Assembly (NCBI GenBank): GCA_031288185.1
Contig: JAITRZ010000048.1
Location: 31,307 to 95,306, forward strand
DNA length: 64,000 bases
Reading direction: 5' to 3'
Source: Coriobacteriales bacterium
Lineage (GTDB): Bacteria > Actinomycetota > Coriobacteriia > Coriobacteriales > UBA8131
This document shows positions 26,363-35,219 of this stretch, in pieces. The translations under genes were made by a program, and so were the position numbers. The number at the start of each line of letters is the position of its first letter. Within the stretch, counting starts at the first letter, position 1. The notes below the pieces were generated by a model. That model did no database searches. It was not told the DNA's origin and saw only the letters and a list, made by a program, of their open reading frames with translations.

Positions 26363-26567
26363 GAACTCTGACAATCCCGCTCTTATCAGATTGCTGACCG
26401 CGAATATCATCGGATACCTGGCGGCCGAATATTCGCATGAGCACGGTCTGCGGCTGGCAGAAGGAATGCAGCATGTGCTGGATTCTCCACTCTACCCAAA
26501 GCTCATGGATTCGGCAAATGTCCTTTTCGAGGAAAGCCTGCCTTTGCTCTATGAGCAGATTTGCTAA
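26355..26567 (+). CDS. Second DUF3791-like small helical protein
   Basis: 70 aa. Overlaps the DUF3990-like gene's stop by 8 nt. Confidence 0.55.
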   Translation: MNRNSDNPALIRLLTANIIGYLAAEYSHEHGLRLAEGMQHVLDSPLYPKLMDSANVLFEESLPLLYEQIC

Positions 26568-26633
26568 GAAAGCACCGATGTACTCCCGTCGCGTCACGTG
26601 GAGAGGCAAAGGAAGGTTGTTTGTCCCGGCCCT

Positions 26634-28445
26634 TTAGTTGTCAATCCTCAAGAGAGCCATAAAGGCTTCCTGGGGCACCTCAACATTGCCAATACTTTTC
26701 ATGCGCTTTTTACCGGCTTTCTGCTTTTCCAACAGTTTGCGCTTGCGGGTGATGTCGCCACCATAACATTTGGCTAAAACATCCTTACGCCGGGCTTTGA
26801 CCGTCGTGCGAGCCAGTATGCGGCCACCCACCGCCGCCTGTATTGGCACCTCAAACAGCTGGCGAGGAATAATCTCCTTTAGCTTGGTGGTGAGCGCGTT
26901 GCCGCGCTCATACGCTTTTTCTCTGGGCAAAATGAAACTTAGGGCATCCACCGGCTTGCCGGCCAACAGGATGTCCAAACGCACCAGATCGGCGGGTTCA
27001 TAGCTGCTAAATTCGTAGTCGAGGGTAGCATATCCACGGGTGCGGCTCTTGAGTTGGTCAAAGAAGTCAAGGATCAGCTCGCTTAAGGGTATACGCCATT
27101 TCATTTCCACAGTTTTAGGCGAAAGATACTGCATGGTTTGAAAGACGCCACGACGAGAGATGCTTAACTCCATCACTGCGCCTACATAATCCGGAGGAAT
27201 CAGGATGGTCACGGCCAGGAACGGTTCTTCAATGCGATCAATGCTGCTTGTGTCTGGCAGATCCTGAGGAGTATGCAAAGAAAGCATCGGCCCCTGTGTG
27301 GTATAGACGTGATATTCCACGCTGGGAGAGGTGGCCAGAAGCTCCAGATTGAACTCCCGCTCCAGGCGCTCCTTAACCACCTCCAGGTGTAGAAGTCCCA
27401 GCAGGCCCACCCTAAAGCCAAATCCCAGGGCGTGACTGGTTTCCGGCTCGTAGACCAGCGCCGGATCGTTTAACGTCAACTTGGCCAGGGCCTCGCGCAG
27501 TGCTTCATATTGGTCGCCATCCAGGGGATACAGGCCGGTAAAAACCATCGGCTTGATGTCTCGGTAGCCAGGCAAGGGTTCTCTGGCACCATTTTTGGCC
27601 AGCGTCACGGTGTCGCCAACCTTAACAACGCGAGGATCCTTCAAGCCGGTGATCAAATAGCCAACCTCTCCGGCCGTCAGACTGTCCACAGCCTCATTGG
27701 CTGGACGACGCACTCCCACCTCTTCAACCTGGGTTAGGGCGCCCGTTGCCATCAAACTGGTGCGTTGGCCGCGCACGAGCCGTCCCTCAATCACCCTCAC
27801 CAGGGCTACCACACCACGGTAAGGATCAAAGTAGGAGTCAAAAATCAGAGCTCGTAGTGTCTGTTCAGCAGTACCAGCAGGCGGACGAACGCGCTGGATG
27901 ATCGCCTCCAGGAGTTCAGGAACACCCGCGCCAGTCTTGGCGGAGGCTAAGATGGCATCATCGGCTGGCAAAGCCAATCCTTCTTCAATCTCGGCGCGCG
28001 CCCGTTCTATATCGGCGGCAGGCAGATCAATTTTGTTAATAAGAGGGATAATATCCAGACCGGCGTTAATGGCCAGGGTAGCATTGGCGAGAGTCTGAGC
28101 CTCAACACCCTGGCTGGCATCTACCACCAACACCGCGCCCTCACAAGCAGCCAGCGACCGGGATACCTCGTAGGTAAAATCAACGTGGCCGGGCGTGTCA
28201 ATCAGATTAAGTTGGTAGGTTTGACCATCCAGCGCGGTGTAGAGCACACGCACTGCCTGGGCCTTGATGGTAATACCGCGTTCTCGCTCAATGTCCATGG
28301 AGTCCAGTACCTGTTCAACCATGTCGCGCTCGGACAGCGTATGGGTATATTCCAACACACGATCAGCAAGCGTTGACTTGCCATGGTCAATATGGGCGAT
28401 AATGCAGAAATTACGAATGTGTAAACGATCCACCAGCTGGGCCAA
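26634..28445 (-). CDS. lepA: Translation elongation factor 4 (LepA)
   Basis: [28 protein letters not shown], and the LepA-specific C-terminal domain. Confidence 0.95.
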   Translation of the reverse strand: MAQLVDRLHIRNFCIIAHIDHGKSTLADRVLEYTHTLSERDMVEQVLDSMDIERERGITIKAQAVRVLYTALDGQTYQLNLIDTPGHVDFTYEVSRSLAACEGAVLVVDASQGVEAQTLANATLAINAGLDIIPLINKIDLPAADIERARAEIEEGLALPADDAILASAKTGAGVPELLEAIIQRVRPPAGTAEQTLRALIFDSYFDPYRGVVALVRVIEGRLVRGQRTSLMATGALTQVEEVGVRRPANEAVDSLTAGEVGYLITGLKDPRVVKVGDTVTLAKNGAREPLPGYRDIKPMVFTGLYPLDGDQYEALREALAKLTLNDPALVYEPETSHALGFGFRVGLLGLLHLEVVKERLEREFNLELLATSPSVEYHVYTTQGPMLSLHTPQDLPDTSSIDRIEEPFLAVTILIPPDYVGAVMELSISRRGVFQTMQYLSPKTVEMKWRIPLSELILDFFDQLKSRTRGYATLDYEFSSYEPADLVRLDILLAGKPVDALSFILPREKAYERGNALTTKLKEIIPRQLFEVPIQAAVGGRILARTTVKARRKDVLAKCYGGDITRKRKLLEKQKAGKKRMKSIGNVEVPQEAFMALLRIDN

Positions 28446-28465
28446 ATTTCCTCAGCCCGTACCGC

Positions 28466-30097
28466 TCATTGTTGGTTAGCGACAGTTGCCTGGACATCTT
28501 GCGCTGCAGAAGGAGCAGGCGAAGCAGTATCAACGTGAGGATCCGTAGTGTCTGTGGACTCAGCGCTTTGATCAAGCGCACCGTCGCTGTGGGCAGCAGT
28601 CTCCGCCTTATCCGTGGCACTGACAGCTTCCTCATGCGCAGGAAGAGTGGCCTCGCCCTGCCCTTTCGCATCCTCAGCGAGCATTGGGCGAGAGCGGCTG
28701 CCCCTTCCGGCATCCGCAACCGCCGCCTCGTCCCTGTCTACGAACCCCTGGCTGGCCTGGGCTTCCTGAGCTGTGGCTTTCTCAGCAGGCTCTCTGTCAA
28801 GGGTTGCTGTAGCACTTTTGTCAACGCCCTCGGCTTCTGCTCCGCGTGCGGCTTCCTGAGTCTCGTGCTTTGCCCTGCCTCCCTTGCCGCCCTCATCCTT
28901 CTTTGTCGCGGCCTCGCCCGTCTGGTGCCCTTTCTTTTTGCCCTTGCCCGTTTTGATCATTGACGGCTCAATCTCAGCCACCGTTATCTCCAGGCCCAGA
29001 TCCTCTGCCGCCTGCTTCATAGACAACGACACCCGGCGTCTACCCGGATCAATATCAATCACCTTTACCTGCACAATATCGCCAACCTTCACAACCTGCG
29101 CCGGCGCCACAACATGCCGCTGCGCCATCTCAGAGATATGCACCAGCCCCTCAATGTTGGCACCCAACTCAACAAAGGCACCAAAGGTGACCAGCTTGGT
29201 AACTCGTCCCTCCAGAAGGGACGAAATGGGATAATTTTTGACAAGCGCTCGCCAGGGATCTTCGGTGGTCTGTTTCAAGCCAAGAGAAATGCGCTCACGA
29301 CTGAGATCGACATCCAATACCTCAACATCAACCTCATCGCCTACTTTAACGACCTCTGAAGGATGGTTAACGTGGTTCCAGGACAATTCTGAGATGTGCA
29401 CCAGGCCGTCGATGCCTCCCAGGTCAACAAAGGTACCAAAATCAACGATAGAGGATACCGTACCCTTCAGGCGCATCCCCTTGGTGAGTTTTTCGAGGAT
29501 CTCGGAACGCTCGTTTTTGCGCCCCTCTTCCAAAACCACCCGCCGTGAGAGCACGACATTATTGCGGTTACGATCCATCTCGATAACGCGAGCCTCAATC
29601 TGTTCGCCGGTAAAGGACTCCAGATCCTTGACCCGACGCAGGTCAACCAGCGAGGCAGGCAAAAAGCCGCGCAGGCCGATGTCCACAATTAAACCGCCCT
29701 TAACCACCTCTATGACCTCGCCCACGACACTTTCCGCCGCGTTGAACTTCTGCTCTACATCAATCCAGGCCCGCTCATACTCAGCGCGCCTCTTTGAGAG
29801 GATCAGTCGCCCGTCCTTGTCCTCCTTGAGCAACACCAGTGCCTCTATTTTATCACCTAAGGTAACAATATCGGCTGAGCCGGCATCTTTGCGTATTGAC
29901 AACTCGCGAAGCGGTATAACGCCTTCTGACTTAAAGCCGATGTCTACAAGCACCTCATCACGCTCTATATTGACAACCGTACCCTCAACCAGATCACCAT
30001 CGTCAAAATCAGTGATGGTGCTTTCGATCATTTCGCTGAAGGCAGCATCGTCAATGTCATCCAACTCGATAACTGACGTGTTTACAATCTCGCTCAA
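28466..30097 (-). CDS. rpsA: 30S ribosomal protein S1 with a roughly 170-aa low-complexity C-terminal tail
   Basis: Four S1 (OB-fold) repeats (GxVxxxxxxGxxVDxG patterns), followed by an A/E/K/T-rich tail. Confidence 0.9.
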   Translation of the reverse strand: MSEIVNTSVIELDDIDDAAFSEMIESTITDFDDGDLVEGTVVNIERDEVLVDIGFKSEGVIPLRELSIRKDAGSADIVTLGDKIEALVLLKEDKDGRLILSKRRAEYERAWIDVEQKFNAAESVVGEVIEVVKGGLIVDIGLRGFLPASLVDLRRVKDLESFTGEQIEARVIEMDRNRNNVVLSRRVVLEEGRKNERSEILEKLTKGMRLKGTVSSIVDFGTFVDLGGIDGLVHISELSWNHVNHPSEVVKVGDEVDVEVLDVDLSRERISLGLKQTTEDPWRALVKNYPISSLLEGRVTKLVTFGAFVELGANIEGLVHISEMAQRHVVAPAQVVKVGDIVQVKVIDIDPGRRRVSLSMKQAAEDLGLEITVAEIEPSMIKTGKGKKKGHQTGEAATKKDEGGKGGRAKHETQEAARGAEAEGVDKSATATLDREPAEKATAQEAQASQGFVDRDEAAVADAGRGSRSRPMLAEDAKGQGEATLPAHEEAVSATDKAETAAHSDGALDQSAESTDTTDPHVDTASPAPSAAQDVQATVANQQ

Positions 30098-30217
30098 GGG
30101 TAGCCCCTCTCAATGCCGGGGCCCCACGTCTCATGCTTCTTGTCTAGGTCTTGCGCTTTACAAACATGTCGGGGCCAATATGAACAGACGGTACGCCTTT
30201 TGCGCACACTTAAGAAG

Positions 30218-30246
30218 AGTATAGAGCTTGTGGCGTTTTAGTACAA
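30218..30246 (-). promoter_or_regulatory. Candidate rpsA promoter with an AT-rich upstream element
   Basis: The minus strand reads TTGTAC (30246-30241), a 17-nt spacer, then TATACT (30223-30218). An unusually AT-rich 50 bp lies just upstream (30250-30300). Confidence 0.45.
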
Positions 30247-30493
30247 GCAAATTTTCGAGAAATAGATATAGGTAAATAATTTAGCTATATTGAAGGAAAG
30301 AGCCTCGCTACATGACAAGAGGTTGTGAACAGACAGTGCGAAAACCAATTGTCAAATGCCGAACCGTCTGCCATCCCCTTGTGCCTTGGGGCCGATGAAA
30401 AGGTCAGTCGTGACGGTAGCGGCGCTTCCCTCCTTTCGCAGGAATCACGGGCGATGCAGGTGGGTGGGTGGTTTTGAGCCGCAGTTTTCCTAC

Positions 30494-32155
30494 CTATGAC
30501 AAATCCATGCGAAAAGCGGGGCGGACACCAAACCCGTTGAGCGCATTGTAGTTAGCGGCCAAGCCCGTAGTACCAAGAACCGCAATGACGCTGGAAGCGT
30601 CACCGCGCGGAGAGCGGAGCCAGTATTGAAAGAGAGTGTAAGGGTTTACCCCGGAGGTCTTTCGTGCGTTGGCATCAGCAAAGAGGACAACGCTTGAGCC
30701 GTAGAGGTTCTTGGTGAGATCCATGCTTGCGGCATCGGTGGCAGGGTAGTCCAGCGCGCGAAACACCTCTTCCTGGCTGAGAAAGAACAGCTTCTGGTTG
30801 GTGAGTTCATAGTAGCCGTTGTGTCCGCTGTCAGAGGCACCTCCTGTCTTATAGGGCGCTGTGCGTGCGTCACTAAAGCCTATTCTTGTATAGAGGGTGG
30901 TATCGAGTATCTTTGCCTTGATGTCTGTGAGGTTGTCATAGCTGTAGGCATAGGTGTTGCTATTGAGGGACGCTCTGAGCGTGCTGCCATCCCAGCGGAT
31001 GTCGGTATCCCAGTTGGTGCTGGGATAGTTGATTGATTTGGCATCTATGATGTGTTCTGCGATGACCAGGACATCAGCGTCGCTTTCCTTGTGTAAGATA
31101 CGCCAGTCATAGCCGTTGGCGGCAAAGGTGTCGCCACGCTTCAGGTTCTTGGAGGGCTGGCGGCTCGCCTGAACATCAAAGGTTATGGTGTAGGAATCTG
31201 CGGTGAGAGTGGCCATGCCGGTGGCGCCTGCCGGGATGGACACAGAGGCTGAGGCACCTGATGGTATCAGTGCAGCGCCGGTTGAGCCCGCGTTAAGCTG
31301 CCAGCCTCCTGCAGGAGGTTCACTGGCCGTGAAGTAGCGCACTGTCGGGTATCCCGCAGGGCTCGTGAGGCTGATAATATGGCTCAGGGAGGTCAGATTA
31401 GAGCCGCCTTCACTGTAGAAAAGGTCATAGGGCATCTCCCCGTAGTCTGCAAAGTCACTTATGTCCTTTGTGTTTATGATGCGCAGGCTCAAGAGTTTGT
31501 TTTTGCTATCAAAGGCAACATTCACCAGTCTCCAGTCACCCGTGCGCAGATCTAACTTTGAGTACGAGGCGACAATACCCTCCCAGCTCTCTTCATCTGT
31601 CGTACCACCGTAGGAGGCAGGGTCAACCGGGTCAGAGGCATTTTCCAAGGGGTCAGCGGCATCAGGAACTACTAGGGCTATCTGTCCTATGAGGTTTTGT
31701 GCCAGTCTCTCTGCGGCCCAGGTTTGGATGGCTTTAACAGAGGTGTTGAGGTCTGCTTCTTTTTTTACGCTTCCTGCTTTTCCTATGTATCCCGTAAGGG
31801 CAGGTATGGCTATAGCAAGGAGGATACCTAAGATAACTATCACTACGATAAGTTCTACTAAGGTAAAACCTTCAGGGTGAGCTATCCTGCGGGTGTATGG
31901 AGGGTCTTGTGTAGCCCCTCGCACAGGGAACGTCCGGTGAGTTCCGCAGACCGAGGAGCCAGGTTGTGGGGCCGCAGGATAGGTAGAGCTACCAAGGCGA
32001 CGAGGTCGCAGAGTGTTTGAGTCGGCATCCCCTGTGTGAGGAGCCCACGCTAAGACGGTGCGGCTTAAACCGGCACCAGGGGCAGTTCTCCCTGTGCGTG
32101 GGGCCCACGCGGCCAGTGCTTCTTGTGTTCCCATTTGTGCTATCTCAGATAACAA
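30494..32155 (-). CDS. Pilin-like (class III signal) surface protein with a DUF6273-like C-terminal domain, locus 3
   Basis: HPEG|FTLVELIVVIVILGILLAIAIPALTGYI. The N-terminal roughly 170 aa after the signal are homologous to locus 2. The C-terminus (WRILHKE...LFFLSQEEV...YWLRSPRG...GVRPAFRMDL) resembles DUF6273 (recalled). The open frame joins the RBS-ATG at 32279 only if the G tract is 11. Confidence 0.75.
   Translation of the reverse strand: MLSEIAQMGTQEALAAWAPRTGRTAPGAGLSRTVLAWAPHTGDADSNTLRPRRLGSSTYPAAPQPGSSVCGTHRTFPVRGATQDPPYTRRIAHPEGFTLVELIVVIVILGILLAIAIPALTGYIGKAGSVKKEADLNTSVKAIQTWAAERLAQNLIGQIALVVPDAADPLENASDPVDPASYGGTTDEESWEGIVASYSKLDLRTGDWRLVNVAFDSKNKLLSLRIINTKDISDFADYGEMPYDLFYSEGGSNLTSLSHIISLTSPAGYPTVRYFTASEPPAGGWQLNAGSTGAALIPSGASASVSIPAGATGMATLTADSYTITFDVQASRQPSKNLKRGDTFAANGYDWRILHKESDADVLVIAEHIIDAKSINYPSTNWDTDIRWDGSTLRASLNSNTYAYSYDNLTDIKAKILDTTLYTRIGFSDARTAPYKTGGASDSGHNGYYELTNQKLFFLSQEEVFRALDYPATDAASMDLTKNLYGSSVVLFADANARKTSGVNPYTLFQYWLRSPRGDASSVIAVLGTTGLAANYNALNGFGVRPAFRMDLS
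31917..32101. repeat. Inverted repeat set at locus 3: CCTCGCACAGGG (31917-31928) versus CCCTGTGTGAGG (32030-32041) and CCCTGTGCGTGG (32090-32101)
   Basis: Read directly from the sequence. Each distal arm has one mismatch, and the upstream unit is duplicated. Confidence 0.85.
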
Positions 32156-32250
32156 AAAACCGCCTGGCGCACGGGCCTGGGCGGCGTCTTTGGCGCGTAC
32201 ACTCGCGCCCTCATAGGTGTTAGTGGATGGGAGAAGAGCGAAGCTATGAG

Positions 32251-32262
32251 CCCCCCCCCCCC
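32251..32262 (-). repeat. Homopolymer tract, 12 C on plus strand (G12 coding strand), locus 3
   Basis: Counted directly: ten c at 32251-32260 plus two c at 32261-32262. Confidence 0.95.
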
Positions 32263-32686
32263 GGCGAAATTTGTGACATGATTTGCTCCTTTCAGATTAA
32301 CTGTTTTGATGTCTGTTTTGGTAATGCGTGTCTTAGTGGTGCCTGTCTTGGTGCCTATCTTGCCTGTCTTTTGCGGCAGCACGCAGTGTAGCACAGGCGT
32401 GGGCAAAAGGACACAAGCGCCTAGGGACGTGTCCCACGCGACACAAGGCAAAGAGATGCGCACAGGGAAGCGGCACACCGACGGGGAGAAGCATGCGAGG
32501 GGGGGGCGGTCGCCTGTGTTGCAAGGTTGTCAGCCCTGCCAGAGGAGCGCACGCCCTGTTTTTGATGATGCCAACAACAAGGGCCGGATACAGAGCGCCG
32601 CCTTGGGGAAGTTATTTTTAAGTACCATTCAAACGGGCCGGTTTTGCCCCTCGCGTGACAGTTCCCCAAGGCGACTGCGCGGCTAC

Positions 32687-34099
32687 TTAAATACCAAGCA
32701 CTCCTACAATGAAGGGAACCCAAAGGGCAATGAGTAGTATCAGCGCGGCGGCCGGCACAATGCCGGTCTTGAACATGTCGCCAAACCTATAATAGCCTTC
32801 CTGATAGGTCAGCATAACAACCGGGTTGACGGGCAATAGCATATTGCCAGCAACAACTATCGCCAAAGAGATGGTTGGCACGGCGGGCGAGACACCAAAG
32901 CCGGCGCAGAGGGTGATAAAGATAGGAATGAAGATGCCAAGGATCGCCACGCCTATCGGGCAGATGGTGTGCAGGATATAGACCAGGGTCATCAAAACAA
33001 TAACGGAGCCGACGAAGCCCAGTGAGGTCACGCCGCTGTCCATAAAGACATCGGCCATCCACTGCGCGCCGCCGGTTTCCTGCACCACATTGCCCAGCGT
33101 CATAATAGCTCCACACATAATGACGATGCCCCAGGGCACGGCGTTTTGGAATTCCTTCCAGGTGAGCAGGTCGATCCCCGGCAAAAACATCACCGTTAGA
33201 CCAAGGAGCGCCACGGCGCTGACATTTAACACGGGTATCCAGTTGCTCAGTATCCACAACACGATGAGCAAAACGATCATCAGCAGGGCCTTTATGTCGT
33301 AGACAGAAACCTTCTTTGCCGCTGAGGCTTCGGCGCGGATCTCCTCAAAACTGCTTTCCTTGATTGGCTCTGGTTTGAGTATTCTGGTGATGAAAAACCA
33401 GCTGATGGGCGTCAGGATAATCGCCACGGGCAGGCCGATGATCATCCAATCAAAAAAGCTGATGGTCTGTCCGGTTATCTGCTGCATAAGGTTCATCGCG
33501 ACAACGTTGAACGAGCTGCCAGCAGGCGTCGCTATGCCGCCAGTGACGGAGGCCACCGGGATGCCAATCATCAGGCATTTACCTAGATTGGAGTGTCCTG
33601 GCCTGGCATTGGACGCCTTGAGAATGGTCATGGCAAAGCCAAGAAAGAGCACAGTGGTGGGCGAGTCTGACATCACGGTGGACACCAGGGCGGTGGCCGC
33701 CATAAAGCCCAAAACCAGCCTGCGCGTGTTTGTTCCTGTCCAGGTAAGCAGCCGAGCTATTATGCGCACGCCCCATTGGGTCTTTTGCATGACTGCGGGC
33801 AATGCGAATATGGAGATGATAAAGAAGAGCGCGGGGCTGCTAAAGCCGCTAAATGCCGCTCCAAAACTTGTAACCACCCCCAAAAGCGGCAACAAAACAA
33901 GAATCAGCAACGCGATAGCACCAAGGGGCAGGGTGTTTGTCATCCAAAGCATGACCAGAGCAAGCAGCAGGCCCAGGGTCATAATGCCCGCATGACTCAA
34001 GGTCTCCGTTGCAGGTAAAAGCACGGAGGTGACGATGCAGAGCAGTGCCAACACAATTCCAACAAGTCGTTTTTGCGGGGAAACTTCTAACGATTCCAT
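32687..34099 (-). CDS. SLC13/DASS-family anion (di/tricarboxylate or sulfate) permease
   Basis: 470 aa and highly hydrophobic, with the two-fold repeat architecture and GIATPAGSSFN / hairpin-type motifs of the family. Confidence 0.8.
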   Translation of the reverse strand: MESLEVSPQKRLVGIVLALLCIVTSVLLPATETLSHAGIMTLGLLLALVMLWMTNTLPLGAIALLILVLLPLLGVVTSFGAAFSGFSSPALFFIISIFALPAVMQKTQWGVRIIARLLTWTGTNTRRLVLGFMAATALVSTVMSDSPTTVLFLGFAMTILKASNARPGHSNLGKCLMIGIPVASVTGGIATPAGSSFNVVAMNLMQQITGQTISFFDWMIIGLPVAIILTPISWFFITRILKPEPIKESSFEEIRAEASAAKKVSVYDIKALLMIVLLIVLWILSNWIPVLNVSAVALLGLTVMFLPGIDLLTWKEFQNAVPWGIVIMCGAIMTLGNVVQETGGAQWMADVFMDSGVTSLGFVGSVIVLMTLVYILHTICPIGVAILGIFIPIFITLCAGFGVSPAVPTISLAIVVAGNMLLPVNPVVMLTYQEGYYRFGDMFKTGIVPAAALILLIALWVPFIVGVLGI

Positions 34100-34200
34100 T
34101 TTTCCTCCTCATGACGGCATAAAACCGCCGGCGTAATCGGGACTCAAACCAAAGGGCACGGGCGGTCCCAAAGCAAGACCGCAGGCATACCCAACTTAGA

Positions 34201-34224
34201 CGTAAGGCCACGAGCGGCCTTACG
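34201..34224 (-). terminator. Hairpin downstream of the molybdoenzyme beta subunit
   Basis: cgtaaggcc-acgagc-ggccttacg forms a 9-bp stem. The U-tract is weak. Confidence 0.35.
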
Positions 34225-34401
34225 TAAGGAAACAGATAGGAGGGGGGCTCGGCGGGGGGTCGCAGAGGGGGTGTGCCAAAACGTCATCAAATCTTGAAGG
34301 CACGGTGGCCCACTTAAAGGGTGCGAGGGTCATAGTCATAATAACGGTTGTGGTACTGCGATCAAGCCGCAGGTTCAGTTCTTCCATGACCTGCCAGGAA
34401 A

Positions 34402-35217
34402 TCAGATGCTGGTAAGGGCGATGTCGCCCAGTGAGCGGTCGATATCCCGCAGGTCGGCTGTTAGCGTATGCTCCTGAAAGCCTTTGGCAGAGATGGTGAG
34501 CTGATACATGTCGGGCGCTATCTGGTCAAACTTGAAGTCACCAAGGTCATCGGTCATGAGCGTGAGCTCTGTGCCATCTGAGGCACGAGCCTTCACCTCG
34601 GCACCTATCAGCAGCTCGTCAGCCTTCAGATCGACCACAGAGCCAGCCATAAAGCGCCGGGGCAGATTGCGGTAATAGACCCTGGCACCACAGCCGTCCA
34701 TCGCCGGCAATGTCTCCGCGTCGCGCAAAAGATCGCCAAATTCACTTTCTTCCGCATAGCGAATAACCTCATGCGCGCAGGCATCAACGCAGCGCGGAAC
34801 CTCCCAACCGTTGTCAAGCAGATGGGCGCAGCCTGTGCATTTCTGGGCGATGTTCAGCTGCTCGTTAAAGTAGATGACGCCAAGCGGGCAGGCATCCAGA
34901 CAGTCCCTGCAGCCTGTGCATTTCTGCGGTGAGAGAACAATCAGGCCGTCGTCGCGCCGCTCAAACGCATTTGAGGAACACGCCGCCGCACAGGCAGGAT
35001 CAGCGCAATGAGAACAAAATATCGGTGTATGGGCCACGCGCACCCAGGGTACCTGTCCGCGCTCCTTTTCATCCAACCGCATCCAGAACTGCCCGGTATC
35101 GGGCTGGGCTGCGGCATAGGGCTGCCAGTCTTGTCCGCAATGCTCGTCTTTGCAGACAATCTGGCAGTTGTAACAACCGTTGCAGTGCGATAGGTCAACA
35201 AGAAATACCTTAGTCAT
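34402..35217 (-). CDS. 4Fe-4S cluster beta subunit with a C-terminal carboxypeptidase-regulatory-like beta-barrel (pyrogallol transhydroxylase BthL-like)
   Basis: Several Cys clusters (CNGCYNCQIVC, CSHCADPAC, CTGCRDCLDACP, CTGCAHL..C). The C-terminal region GSVVDLKADELLIGAEVKA...YQLTISAKGF is Ig-like. The gene is translationally adjacent to the alpha subunit. Confidence 0.8.
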   Translation of the reverse strand: MTKVFLVDLSHCNGCYNCQIVCKDEHCGQDWQPYAAAQPDTGQFWMRLDEKERGQVPWVRVAHTPIFCSHCADPACAAACSSNAFERRDDGLIVLSPQKCTGCRDCLDACPLGVIYFNEQLNIAQKCTGCAHLLDNGWEVPRCVDACAHEVIRYAEESEFGDLLRDAETLPAMDGCGARVYYRNLPRRFMAGSVVDLKADELLIGAEVKARASDGTELTLMTDDLGDFKFDQIAPDMYQLTISAKGFQEHTLTADLRDIDRSLGDIALTSI

Positions 35218-35219
35218 GG

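Noticed and set aside
29238-30224. 328-aa + strand ORF antisense to rpsA. Similar long antisense ORFs occur at 36714..37574, 33360..33995, 43040..43702, 59688..60407 and 49598..50221.
   Set aside because: The translations are S/T/R/P-rich low complexity with no motifs. They lie opposite strongly conserved genes. Long antisense open frames are expected in GC-rich DNA.
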